Below, in pieces: positions 19,569-29,373 of a stretch of 64,000 nucleotides of DNA. The DNA comes from Candidatus Wolfebacteria bacterium RIFOXYD12_FULL_48_21 (GTDB lineage Bacteria; Patescibacteriota; Minisyncoccia; UBA6257; UBA9933): the NCBI GenBank assembly GCA_001793945.1, contig MGIW01000006.1, forward strand, positions 70,179 to 134,178, given 5' to 3'. Each line of letters opens with the position of its first letter. Position 1 is the stretch's first letter. A program made the position numbers and the translations under genes. A model generated the notes under the pieces. That model saw only the letters and a program-made list of their open reading frames with translations. It was not told the origin of the DNA and made no database searches.

Positions 19569-21299
19569 TCAGTCGATGATGAATGTGCGGGCTCCGAATG
19601 GAACATCGCGTTCCCGTTCCGGAAGCAGGTAGAACATATTTTTTTCCTTTTGCTTTCCCGGAGTGAATGTGTCGGTGATGAACATGACGGTTTGTGTCGG
19701 CATGGGCATGCCGCGGACCTCCGTGCCTCCCGTATGCACGATGATGTACTTTGGCGTTTCCTTTGGGAGCGCGTTGAGTTCGCGCCCGAGGTCTACATAG
19801 TTTTGCGCAAATGCGCCGAAGGTGTTCGGGTCCTTGTTCCAGCGCTGGAAGTATATATAGTAGGCTTCGCAGGGGAGCAGTACGAGCACGATGATCGCTA
19901 AGATCTTCAACAGCATTTCCTTTACATGCGACCATGTCGATTCCGGGTCGGCGCCCTTTGCGAATGCGAGCAGGCGGTCGTACAGCCAAATGCCTCCCGC
20001 TCCGGCAAGGATGAATACAGGCGGGATCATGAGGATCGCGCGAAGTGCGTGGGGGATGCCTTCATTGGATATGACGACCGGCAGCGCGGCTACCAATAAC
20101 CATGCAAGGGGGATGAGCAATGCGAGCGGCGGCGTGCGTTCGGCGAGTGTGGCCGTTTCCGAAATGGCGGAATGTGTTTCTTCGAACGCGGTGCCCTTAA
20201 ACAAGCGGATCAGAAATGTCCACGCTGCGCCGAGCGCTCCGAGCATGCCGACGAGGAACATGAGCCCAACCGGCCAAAAGAGTTCCGCCCGACCGGCAAG
20301 GTTGTGGCGCCAGTTCATGTCGCCTTGTACGAAGAACATGCCTATTGTCTTTCCTATATTAATAACAAGCGAGAAGATGGGGTGTTCTGCGCTGAACACG
20401 GATATTTGACTGGTGCGTCCAAAGAAATCCTGCGGGTTCATGGCAAAGTGCCACACCAACGGGAGTACTGCAAATGCCGCCGCGGCGGCAAATATGACAA
20501 ATGTTTTCGCCAGTTCTTTACGCGCGTCCTTCATGGAGAAATACCAATAGACGAACATTGCCATGGGTATCAATGGCATGATGCGATAGGCGATGTAGCT
20601 GTTGAACCCGAGGCCAAACACAAAACCCGCGGCGACCGAAAAGAGCAGGGTATAGAGGTTGAGGCCCCAATAGGTCTTTTCTTTTGGTACGGCGAACACG
20701 CTCGGCGCTCCCAGCTCTGGTGTTATCGTTTCCGCCTGTTGTCGCATTTTAAACTCTTCCAACTTACGCGCGATCATGAGCGTAAGATAGGTTCCCCATG
20801 TCATGAAAAACGGCGCCATGATGGCGCGAAACCCGATGCGCGAAAAAATGATGTGCCAAAAGGATGTCGCAATGCAGAATGCCGCAAGGAGTGCTATTTT
20901 TTCATGGCGACGAATGCGCGGTTCGCGTTCTTCGTCCACATGACTTTGCTTTGCAGGAAGAAACAGTTCGCGGGTCAATACAAAAACGCCTGCGACCGTA
21001 AGAATGCCAAAGAGTGCGCTTACCAAACGCAATGCCCATGGCTCATTGCCAAAAATCGCTATTGATAGTGCCTGCAGGTTTATGAAGAAACCTTCCCGCC
21101 CGTTGTTTTCCGGGTAGAATGTTTTGAACTGTCCGGTAGACAATGCTTCGAGCGCGTTGTTGCCATTCATGGCTTCGTCGGGGTAGAGTCCCGGCGGCGC
21201 TTCTGAAATGTTGTAGAGCCTTAGGAAAGAGGCTATAATAATAACACCAAACAGGAGAAGCGCGGCGAATCGTTTTGGATTTGTAAAAAGCGGCGTCAT
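19569..21299 (-). CDS. GT-C/PMT-family (GT39/83-like) membrane glycosyltransferase
   Basis: LRLYNI...PPGLYPDEA..., many TMs, WHIIFSRIGFR. Confidence 0.85.
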   Translation of the reverse strand: MTPLFTNPKRFAALLLFGVIIIASFLRLYNISEAPPGLYPDEAMNGNNALEALSTGQFKTFYPENNGREGFFINLQALSIAIFGNEPWALRLVSALFGILTVAGVFVLTRELFLPAKQSHVDEEREPRIRRHEKIALLAAFCIATSFWHIIFSRIGFRAIMAPFFMTWGTYLTLMIARKLEEFKMRQQAETITPELGAPSVFAVPKEKTYWGLNLYTLLFSVAAGFVFGLGFNSYIAYRIMPLIPMAMFVYWYFSMKDARKELAKTFVIFAAAAAFAVLPLVWHFAMNPQDFFGRTSQISVFSAEHPIFSLVINIGKTIGMFFVQGDMNWRHNLAGRAELFWPVGLMFLVGMLGALGAAWTFLIRLFKGTAFEETHSAISETATLAERTPPLALLIPLAWLLVAALPVVISNEGIPHALRAILMIPPVFILAGAGGIWLYDRLLAFAKGADPESTWSHVKEMLLKILAIIVLVLLPCEAYYIYFQRWNKDPNTFGAFAQNYVDLGRELNALPKETPKYIIVHTGGTEVRGMPMPTQTVMFITDTFTPGKQKEKNMFYLLPERERDVPFGARTFIID

Positions 21300-21457
21300 G
21301 ATGCGAATGAGCGAACGGAATCGGAGAACTGTCGCTTTGCTGCATGGGCAACGCTTTGCATTTCACTCGATCGCATACGCTCGTATGGGTAATTAAGTTT
21401 ATTATCTATAAGTATATAGGAAGTCGCCTGTTTTTAACATAATCATTTCATTATCTC

Positions 21458-21898
21458 ATGGCAGAAGAAACAACAAACCAAGTTTCCGTTTCCGCCGAGA
21501 ACATCGTTGCGAAGATGCGCGCGCATCCGTTCGCATATGTCACATATTATTTGGGAGGGCTGTTCATTTTTTTGGTTTCCTATTGGTATGGCTATATGTA
21601 TACCGCAGCCGGCCTGCTCGTGCTAATCGCGAGCGAAGTGCTCCGCCGCGCAGATACATTCTTTATTTTGAACGAAGGGATCTCGCGCAACTTCTCTTTG
21701 TTTTCCACAAAGCATATTTTTACCGGATATGACCAGATCCGCACCGTTGCCGTTTCGCAAGGGCCCATTGACCGTATTTTTGGCATCGGCGATGTGCGCA
21801 TGACCACCGTGGGACTGGACGAGGGAACGATACAGTTTTCCGGGGTTAAGAAGCCGTATGAGGTTGCTAAGATGATAGAGGCTAGGCTTAGCGAATAA
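21458..21898 (+). CDS. Bacterial PH-domain membrane protein
   Basis: Two TMs followed by I..V.VSQG..DRIFGIGDV. Confidence 0.75.
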   Translation: MAEETTNQVSVSAENIVAKMRAHPFAYVTYYLGGLFIFLVSYWYGYMYTAAGLLVLIASEVLRRADTFFILNEGISRNFSLFSTKHIFTGYDQIRTVAVSQGPIDRIFGIGDVRMTTVGLDEGTIQFSGVKKPYEVAKMIEARLSE

Positions 21899-21966
21899 AT
21901 ACATGAGGCTTTTTTTGAGATGCACTACTCTCGTTCACAGTTAACAGTTCACGGTTTATAGTAACT

Positions 21967-22362
21967 ATGGAAGAACAATTGGAACAACAAAATAAAATAG
22001 AGGCCGACATTCATAAGGTCGGACAGGAAGTAAAGGAGCAAATAGGGGGAAGCGCAACGCCCGAAGTCACGGAGCGTGCATTGGTGCGGCAGTCGTTACA
22101 CCCCATGGTAAAAGCGCCGGCCGTTGCGGTGCCGCAATCTGGCCAACCCACGGCCGTAGACATGGAACTTCCGGTTTATTTGCACGACGCTTCCGCGGCC
22201 ATCAAAGATCGCGTAGAGCGGCTCGTTGAAGACGCATTCAAACATGGCGTCGAGCACGCCGCAGTCGAAGCGCAGAAGTCGGGCCCGTTTATCGTTGATG
22301 CATTGCATGATGCGCTTTCTGATAAATTCTACGAAGAATTAAAGAAGCGTAATATTGTTTAA
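21967..22362 (+). CDS. Hypothetical protein
   Basis: 131-aa ORF co-oriented and abutting the downstream ATPase. Confidence 0.7.
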   Translation: MEEQLEQQNKIEADIHKVGQEVKEQIGGSATPEVTERALVRQSLHPMVKAPAVAVPQSGQPTAVDMELPVYLHDASAAIKDRVERLVEDAFKHGVEHAAVEAQKSGPFIVDALHDALSDKFYEELKKRNIV

Positions 22363-22365
22363 AAA

Positions 22366-24744
22366 ATGGCCACCATTTTTACCTCTATCATTATCTTTGC
22401 CATTGCACTGCTTGTCGTAGGCGGTGCCATTTTGTTTTTTATGCGGCAAAAGGAGCGCAAGGTGCGCATGAAGCAGGCGCTCGACCTGAGCCTGCTTTTA
22501 TTGCGGTTCCCGCGCATTGCGCGGGAAGAACGCGAGCGAAAAGATTTCAAGGACGAGATCAATCTTTCCGCACAGCTTTACAGCACGCTTCTTGGGCTCA
22601 AGGTACCATTTGCGCTTGAAGTTGCGGTGCATCATGTCGGCGAAGAGATCCATTTCTATGTTGGCGTGCCAAAGGGATCGATGGATCCGGTACGGCGTCA
22701 GATCGAGGGTCTTTTTGCGGAGGTACAGGTGGAGCCGATCGATGATTACAATATATTCAATGCGACTGGCGTGAGCGCCGGTGTGTATGTAAAACAGCGC
22801 TATTCCTATGCGCTGCCTATTCGTACCTATCAGGAGGCGAATGTCGACACATTTTCTTCCATCTTGAGCGGATTTTCCAAGGTCAGCGAAGTTGGCGAGG
22901 GTGCCGCATTGCAGGTGCTTGTTCGCCCTGCGCCTGAATCTTCCAAGAAATCCATTTTTAAAATGATCGGGCAACTGCGGCACGGCGAAAAGTTTGAAGA
23001 TGTTTTGCAGAGCGGCAGCGATACGCTTGCGCTTATGAAAAAGATCGCCGCCGGAGCGCCTGCCGAACAGCCGATGCCCGAGCAGCCACGCATTGTCAAC
23101 GAAGATGCCGTAAAGGCGCTTGAGTCAAAAGTAGGCAAGTCGTTGGTGCTCGCGAATGTGCGCATCGTTACTTCCGCCATCAATCCACTGCAGTCCGAAG
23201 ACTTGCTTAACGGCATCGCTTCCGGGTTCGCGCAATTTTCCGCGCCGTTTCGGCAAGAATTGCGCATTGCCAAGCCGAAGCAGCTGCAGCGTTTTTTGCG
23301 ACAATATTCGTTCCGCGAATTCGACGATGCCACTGCTATCTGCTTGAACACCGAAGAGATTGCGAGTTTGTTCCATATGCCGACGCCTTCGCTTGATGTG
23401 CCGCGCGTCAAAGCGCTTGAATCGCGCGAGGCTGCGCCGCCGGAGAATTTGCCGACCGAAGGTACGCTGATCGGAGAAAATTCGTTCCGCGGCGATGTGC
23501 GGCCTATTTATCTTACGCCGCAGGACCGCATGCGCCATGTGTATGCCATTGGGCAAACGGGTACCGGTAAATCGACACTGTTGGTGCAAATGGCGCTCGA
23601 AGACATTCGCCAAGGGAAGGGCGTGTGTATTATCGATCCGCATGGCGAATTGGTCGACAAGACCTTGAGCCTTATCCCCGAGCATCGTTATGAAGATGTG
23701 ATCGTGTTCGACCCGGCAGACATTGCATCGCCCATGGGTTTGAATATGCTTGAGTATGATTTTAGCCGACCCGAACAGAAGTCGTTTATCGTCGACGAAC
23801 TGTATGGCATCATGGACAAGTTGTACGACATGAAGACCTCGGGTGGTCCGATGTTTGAGCTGTACATGAAAAATGCAGTTCTGCTGCTTATGGAGGATGC
23901 GCCCAATGAGCCTGCGACGCTTATGGAAATCCAGCGGCTCTTTACCGACGACGCATTTCGCGAGCGCAAGCTGGCACGGATACATAATCCGGTCGTGATC
24001 GATTTTTGGGAAAAGGAGGCGGCCAAGGCAAGCGGGGAACATTCGCTTGCGAACATGTCGGCGTATATTACATCAAAGTTCAATGTGTTCACGACGAACG
24101 ATTTTATGCGGCCTATTATTGGACAGCCGCATTCGGCATTCAATTTTCGGCAAGCCATGGACGAAGGGAAAATATTGCTCATCAGCTTGTCCAAGGGCAA
24201 GATTGGCGATTTCAATATGGGATTACTCGGCATGGTCATCGTGGGTAAGATATTGATGGCCGCGTTGTCGCGCACCGATATTCCCGAAGCGGAACGCAAA
24301 GAGTTCAATTTGTATCTGGATGAGTTTCAAAACTTTACGACCGATGCCATATCGACCATATTTTCCGAAGCACGCAAATATGCGCTGAGCCTTACGGTCG
24401 CGCACCAGTATATCGGCCAAATGTCCGACAAGATCCGAACATCCGTGTTCGGCAATGTGGGTTCGAAGATTATATTGCGCGTGGGCATGGACGATGCGGA
24501 AGTGTTCGAGCGGGACCTTGTGCCGACATTTACCAAAAATGACCTTACAAACTTGAAGGCCGGACAGGCCTATGCCAAACTGTTATTGAATGGGCAGGTT
24601 ACCCGACCGTTCAACCTGCAGCTCGTCAATGTACAATGGGGCGACCGTTCGTTGGTAGAAAAATTGCGCGAGCTTTCCCGATTGAAATATGGACGAAACC
24701 GTGCGGAGGTGGAAGAGGAAATTTTACACAGGCTTAGACTATAA
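22366..24744 (+). CDS. VirD4/TraG/HerA-like membrane-anchored ATPase (CPR type)
   Basis: N-terminal TM, HVYAIGQTGTGKS (Walker A), IDPHGE, LYLDEFQNF, SEARKY, AHQY. Confidence 0.9.
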   Translation: MATIFTSIIIFAIALLVVGGAILFFMRQKERKVRMKQALDLSLLLLRFPRIAREERERKDFKDEINLSAQLYSTLLGLKVPFALEVAVHHVGEEIHFYVGVPKGSMDPVRRQIEGLFAEVQVEPIDDYNIFNATGVSAGVYVKQRYSYALPIRTYQEANVDTFSSILSGFSKVSEVGEGAALQVLVRPAPESSKKSIFKMIGQLRHGEKFEDVLQSGSDTLALMKKIAAGAPAEQPMPEQPRIVNEDAVKALESKVGKSLVLANVRIVTSAINPLQSEDLLNGIASGFAQFSAPFRQELRIAKPKQLQRFLRQYSFREFDDATAICLNTEEIASLFHMPTPSLDVPRVKALESREAAPPENLPTEGTLIGENSFRGDVRPIYLTPQDRMRHVYAIGQTGTGKSTLLVQMALEDIRQGKGVCIIDPHGELVDKTLSLIPEHRYEDVIVFDPADIASPMGLNMLEYDFSRPEQKSFIVDELYGIMDKLYDMKTSGGPMFELYMKNAVLLLMEDAPNEPATLMEIQRLFTDDAFRERKLARIHNPVVIDFWEKEAAKASGEHSLANMSAYITSKFNVFTTNDFMRPIIGQPHSAFNFRQAMDEGKILLISLSKGKIGDFNMGLLGMVIVGKILMAALSRTDIPEAERKEFNLYLDEFQNFTTDAISTIFSEARKYALSLTVAHQYIGQMSDKIRTSVFGNVGSKIILRVGMDDAEVFERDLVPTFTKNDLTNLKAGQAYAKLLLNGQVTRPFNLQLVNVQWGDRSLVEKLRELSRLKYGRNRAEVEEEILHRLRL

Positions 24745-24873
24745 TAAGAGAGTCGGCATTGTCATCCCGATCCGCCAGCAGGCGGAGAGGGGTCTGTAGC
24801 AAAAAGCAGATTCCTCGGCTTCGAAGAGTACTTCTTCGCTCGAAATGACAGTGCCGTGCACTCATTTTTTACC

Positions 24874-25218
24874 ATGTTTTTACCCAACATTATCAAAGAT
24901 ACCTACTTGCGCGTGGTCCTTGCGGTCAGCTTTGCGCTGCACCTCATCATTACCGCGCTTATGTCGGTAAAGTTCATATCCCGACGGGAGGCTATCGTAC
25001 TGCATTTTGATGCCTATCGGGGGATCGATTTCGTTGGCGGACGCATCGACCTGTTTGGTACGCTTTTTTCCGGTTTCATTATACTTGCGCTTAATTTTCT
25101 GCTTGCCGATTTCCTCTATTCCCGCGACCGGTTCTTTTCGTATTTGCTTTCGTTTGCAAGTTTGTTGCTTGCCATATTGATGGCCGTGGCTATGATGGTT
25201 GTGTACTTGGTCAATTGA
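24874..25218 (+). CDS. Small membrane protein
   Basis: 3 TMs and an IVLHF..Y.GID motif. Confidence 0.65.
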   Translation: MFLPNIIKDTYLRVVLAVSFALHLIITALMSVKFISRREAIVLHFDAYRGIDFVGGRIDLFGTLFSGFIILALNFLLADFLYSRDRFFSYLLSFASLLLAILMAVAMMVVYLVN

Positions 25219-25287
25219 CAGGTTTTAATAATAGTGTTACTGTTATTTCAGGTCTTAGTTACATAACCAATACGAGTGGAGGAAGTC

Positions 25288-25581
25288 ATGGCCGAAGAAG
25301 ATGAAAATATTCTTGCAAGCGGGAAAAGCGTTGCGGAAGAGCTTATTTTTACGCTTTCCAGATTGATCAAAAGCAAAGGTGGGTCCTCCTTTGAGGATCT
25401 GCTATACCTCGTCAGTCCGGACGGTCTCGCATTCCTTGACGATCTTGCTTCGCAGATTGTTGAGTATCGGCGGGAGCTGCTTACCCGTGGCGTCGCGCCT
25501 GTCGGAGTGCCAGACGGCGTGATGGTGTCGCAGCCTGCTGCGCAGCAGCAGGGTACCGAAATGCCCGGGTTCCTATTTTGA
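25288..25581 (+). CDS. Hypothetical protein
   Basis: GGAGG RBS and a terminator at about 25604-25631. Confidence 0.6.
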   Translation: MAEEDENILASGKSVAEELIFTLSRLIKSKGGSSFEDLLYLVSPDGLAFLDDLASQIVEYRRELLTRGVAPVGVPDGVMVSQPAAQQQGTEMPGFLF

Positions 25582-25632
25582 TTTTTAGGCTCCTTGGTTT
25601 TGCAAAGCCCCGCTTCGGCGGGGCTTTTTTAT

Positions 25633-26418
25633 TTATGCTTTTGCGACCACAAGGGCAAATATCTTTTTTGCCCCCGCTTGTTTCAGTGTGCGCGCCGCTT
25701 CCGATAGCGTAGCGCCGGAGGTGGAAACATCGTCTATGAGAATAATGGTTTTGTTGCGAACGGCGGCGAGGCGCGGCACGGCAAATGCGCCGTGCATGCG
25801 AGCGAGGCGCGCTATGCGCTTTTTTGTTTGCGCTTGCGGGTCGTTGTCGATCAATTTTATAAGCAGTTCGTCGTAGGGGAGCTGTATCGTGCGTGCGAAT
25901 GACCGTGCAATGAGCGCCGATTGGTTGAAGCCCCGGTTGCGTTCCTTGTGCATGTGTAGGGGAATGGGAACGACGATCGGCGATGCTGAAAGCAGTCTTG
26001 GTTTCGGGTCGAGTGCGTTTATGTATTCGACAAGCAGTGTTGCAAAAACAGGAGCGAGGGAATGGACCTTTTCATACTTGCATTGGTGGATGCATGCGCG
26101 AATGATCGGGTCGGCGTAGTGCGTTGCCGCGCCGAGCAGGTAGGGATATTGGTCGCGCTTGCTTTTTCCGTGCGTGCAGATGTTTTTGTTATCTGCCATG
26201 CGGGCGTTACATATCGGGCAGATCAGGGCTGTTTGTTTGACGATTGTGGCAAGGCACATATTACATAGCGGCGCTGTTTCATCGTTTAGATATGCTTCGC
26301 AATATGCGCAGAGCGGGGGAAAGAGTATGTCGAGGGCGTATCGCGAAATACGGAATAGGAAAAAGGAAATATGTGAAAGGCCATATGCATTTGTGGTTTC
26401 TTCTGCTTCGTTTTTCAT
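25633..26418 (-). CDS. comF: ComF-family competence protein (Zn finger plus PRTase)
   Basis: FPPLC..C, RGFNQS, LIDDVSTSGATL. Confidence 0.92.
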   Translation of the reverse strand: MKNEAEETTNAYGLSHISFFLFRISRYALDILFPPLCAYCEAYLNDETAPLCNMCLATIVKQTALICPICNARMADNKNICTHGKSKRDQYPYLLGAATHYADPIIRACIHQCKYEKVHSLAPVFATLLVEYINALDPKPRLLSASPIVVPIPLHMHKERNRGFNQSALIARSFARTIQLPYDELLIKLIDNDPQAQTKKRIARLARMHGAFAVPRLAAVRNKTIILIDDVSTSGATLSEAARTLKQAGAKKIFALVVAKA

Positions 26419-26497
26419 ATTCCCTGTTTCGTTTTCCGTGCTTCTGTAGTATAGTATACGATAATAGCGTACGGAAACGTATTTTTATTGCATCATC

Positions 26498-27583
26498 ATG
26501 TTCGGAATAAAATTGTTTGGCACATCTTCATATCTTGGCGTCGATATCGGAACTACATCCATCAAAATTGCCGAGATCGGCAAGGGTGGGCATGGTCCCG
26601 AATTGCAGAACTACGGTATTTTGGAGAGCTATGGCCATTTGGAACGGGTCAATAACGCCATTCAGACGAGCGCGCTCAAGATCATGGAGGCGGACACCAT
26701 CCAGCTGTTAAAGACATTGATCAAGCATTCCAATTTTAAATCGCGCGACGCGATTGCTTCCCTACCGTCGTTCGCCGCGTTCATCACATTGTTTGAAATG
26801 CCGCAAATGAACGACGCAGATATCGCAAAGACGATGCAATTTCAGATCGGACAATATATTCCGCTTCCTCTTACCGAAGTTTCCATTGATTGGCTCAAGG
26901 TGGGCGAGCGGCAGGATGACCAAGGGTTCGTCAAGGAGCAAATATTACTCGTGTCCATACCAAATGAAACGATTGAAAAGTATCAGCGTATTTTTGCCGC
27001 CGCAGGCTTGCGGTTGCGTGCCATTGAAATAGAAAGCCTTGCGCTGTTGCGTTCAGTCTCCGATGCAAACATGCCGCCGACGATGGTCGTCGACATCGGT
27101 TCGCGATCGACGAACATCGCGGTCGTGGACAAGGGAAATCTCCGCTACAATTTTCAAACTGATATGTCAGGCGCGGGCATTACACAAGCCCTTGCTGGCG
27201 GGTTGGGAATCAAGATCCGCCGTGCGGAAAAATTGAAACGCGAGCGCGGCATCCTTGGCGGTTCCGAATCTGAACTATCCACATTGATGATGCCGTTCGT
27301 AGATGCTATACTGAATGAGGTAAAGCGCGTAAAAACAAAATACGAACAAAGCTTCGGTACCGTGGTCACGCAAGTGATCCTTGCCGGAGGCGGTTCAAAG
27401 ATGCCGGGTCTTGCTCCCTATGCGCAGGAGCAACTCGGACTTCCTATTGTGATCGCCGATCCGTTTCAAAAGATCCATTATCCTGCGGCGCTTGAACCCA
27501 TCGTGCGTGACCTCGGTCCTTCGTTTGCCATTTCCATCGGTCTCGGCATCAAGGAATTTGTCGAGGCACATCCCGCGGTCTAA
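26498..27583 (+). CDS. pilM: Type IV pilus assembly protein PilM
   Basis: [29 protein letters not shown] (actin-like fold). Confidence 0.92.
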   Translation: MFGIKLFGTSSYLGVDIGTTSIKIAEIGKGGHGPELQNYGILESYGHLERVNNAIQTSALKIMEADTIQLLKTLIKHSNFKSRDAIASLPSFAAFITLFEMPQMNDADIAKTMQFQIGQYIPLPLTEVSIDWLKVGERQDDQGFVKEQILLVSIPNETIEKYQRIFAAAGLRLRAIEIESLALLRSVSDANMPPTMVVDIGSRSTNIAVVDKGNLRYNFQTDMSGAGITQALAGGLGIKIRRAEKLKRERGILGGSESELSTLMMPFVDAILNEVKRVKTKYEQSFGTVVTQVILAGGGSKMPGLAPYAQEQLGLPIVIADPFQKIHYPAALEPIVRDLGPSFAISIGLGIKEFVEAHPAV

Positions 27584-27589
27584 GGGGTG

Positions 27590-27662
27590 TGAGTATGGAG
27601 GCACGAGGTGTGAGATATGAGGTATGAGGTATGAGGTATGAGATATGAGGTATGAGATATGA
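27590..27662. repeat. Purine-rich heptamer array (TATGAGG/TATGAGA)n
   Basis: 7-nt periodicity directly after the pilM stop. Confidence 0.85.
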
Positions 27663-27682
27663 GAATAAGATATATCTCTCGC

Positions 27683-27780
27683 CTCCCATCTCCCATCTCC
27701 CATCTCCCATCTCCCATCTCCCATCTCCCATCTCCCATCTCCCATCTCCCATCTCCCATCTCCCATCTCCCATCTCCCAT
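27683..27780. repeat. Perfect tandem repeat (CTCCCAT)x14
   Basis: 98 nt, with the last unit supplying the AT of the pilN-like start ATG. Confidence 0.95.
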
Positions 27781-28327
27781 GTCGTATACCCAATCAGTTC
27801 TGCAAACAGAATTATCAAAACAGCGTGAAGCTGCAGCTGGCTGGCCATGGCGGCTGATGACATTTTCTTTTGTCGTCTTCCTCGCAGTCGCAGCTGTATA
27901 TATCGGCATGCGATTTGGCTTCGAGAAAGTTTATTTGAAGCGCGCATTGTCTCAAGAAGAGGCTGAGTTTACTTCGACCTTCAAATCGGTAAGCACGGAA
28001 GAGCAAAAGTCCGTTTTTAATTTTTATTCGCAGTTAAGCAATATTGATACCTTGTTGAAAAAACAAGGGAAAGCGACTCCCCATCTTTCATTCATTGAGC
28101 AAAATACCCTTAAGACGGTCACATATTCCGGCATGGATCTTCGATTTGCCGATCGTTCTGTCGTTATCGTTCTGAATGGCAAGACCGCGGCTTATGCGTC
28201 GGTCGTTCAGCAGCTTGAACTGTACAAACGAGTTTCGACCGTTACTGAAGTTAAATTATTGGGCGCCCGTTTTATTAGTCCGGCCGAGGGTGTTGATTTT
28301 TCCATTCAAATAACCGCAGCGCGTTGA
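27779..28327 (+). CDS. PilN-like pilus assembly protein
   Basis: Single TM, coiled coil and ferredoxin-like tail. Lies between pilM and the pilO-like gene. Confidence 0.7.
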   Translation: MSYTQSVLQTELSKQREAAAGWPWRLMTFSFVVFLAVAAVYIGMRFGFEKVYLKRALSQEEAEFTSTFKSVSTEEQKSVFNFYSQLSNIDTLLKKQGKATPHLSFIEQNTLKTVTYSGMDLRFADRSVVIVLNGKTAAYASVVQQLELYKRVSTVTEVKLLGARFISPAEGVDFSIQITAAR

Positions 28328-28337
28328 TCCGTATCTT

Positions 28338-28922
28338 ATGAAATACCTGTCAAAACGATTCGCCAGTATTCTTCTCTCGTTTACATTTTTCGCGTTTGCG
28401 CTTGTTCTGTATGCAAACTTTATCGGGCCTGCCTATGACACCATTAAGGCAGAACAGGGCAAGCTTATTGCGGCGCGGCAAAAGAACGCTGAGTATACGA
28501 GCATTTTTACCCGCCTAAAGCAGGCATCTTCCGAATTTCAGCAGTCATCTGAAGTGCAAAACCGCGTATCCATGGCGTTGCCGCTTGCCGCAAATGTTCC
28601 CGATTCCATGAACCAGCTCTCTGTAATCGCTACGGCGAATGGATTGACCATTACTTCCATCGATATCGTAAATGCGCCAGTCGTTCCGTCCAGCGTGGGA
28701 AAGGCGGGGGAGTCTTCGTTGATCAAAGGCGTTGGTGTGCTAAAAAACTCCATTCGATTAACCGGGACATATGACCAACTGAAGTCCTTTTTGCAAGGCA
28801 TCGAAACCGGCGTACGCATCGCGAGTATTTCTTCCGTAAAAATAGACAAAATCGCAAATCCGATCACGCCCGGCACCATGGGCATAACGGTCGAAGTCGA
28901 AACATATTATCAGGTCAATTAA
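28338..28922 (+). CDS. PilO-like pilus assembly protein
   Basis: TM, coiled coil, GTYDQLKSFLQGIE...R motif. Confidence 0.8.
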   Translation: MKYLSKRFASILLSFTFFAFALVLYANFIGPAYDTIKAEQGKLIAARQKNAEYTSIFTRLKQASSEFQQSSEVQNRVSMALPLAANVPDSMNQLSVIATANGLTITSIDIVNAPVVPSSVGKAGESSLIKGVGVLKNSIRLTGTYDQLKSFLQGIETGVRIASISSVKIDKIANPITPGTMGITVEVETYYQVN

Positions 28923-28930
28923 TATTTATC

Positions 28931-29224
28931 ATGGCAATCGTACTTGAAAAGGAACAAAAAAGTTTTGATTGGAACTTCATACTCGGTATTATGGCCGTTG
29001 TTGGAATCGTCGGTGCGGCTGTCGTGTATTTGTTTTTTGTCAGTCCTGAGACCGTGCAGCAGTTGACGACTCCGGAGCAAAAGACGCTAAGCGAATTTTC
29101 ACAGGTAAGATTTCGACCGGAAGAGATATTAAATAGTGCTGCGTTTCAAAGTCTTCGCACTTTGGCGCCGATGACGGTGCCAAGTGGGGCTGAGGTTGGG
29201 AAATTAAACCCCTTCCTTCAATAA
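28931..29224 (+). CDS. Small single-TM pilus-cluster protein (PilP-like position)
   Basis: TM and C-terminal GKLNPF. Confidence 0.65.
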   Translation: MAIVLEKEQKSFDWNFILGIMAVVGIVGAAVVYLFFVSPETVQQLTTPEQKTLSEFSQVRFRPEEILNSAAFQSLRTLAPMTVPSGAEVGKLNPFLQ

Positions 29225-29373
29225 TCCGTTTTGCTGGCGAACTACCGCGTTGCCTTCCTCGTTTGCTCCCGCGAAGGAGTTTACTCCATCTTGGTTGCAA
29301 GCCTTGTCGGCGCCTTGTATTTCACTCAGCCAAACAAATTATTGTCGTATATGATTGAAATTGAATAAGCCAT

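Noticed and set aside
22366-24744. Conjugative element suggested by the VirD4-like ATPase
   Set aside because: No relaxase, VirB4, integrase or att sites nearby, and such ATPases are routine chromosomal genes in CPR.
27395-27947. ORFs with GDGRWEM or SHLPSPI peptide repeats
   Set aside because: These are translations of the heptamer DNA array, not credible proteins.
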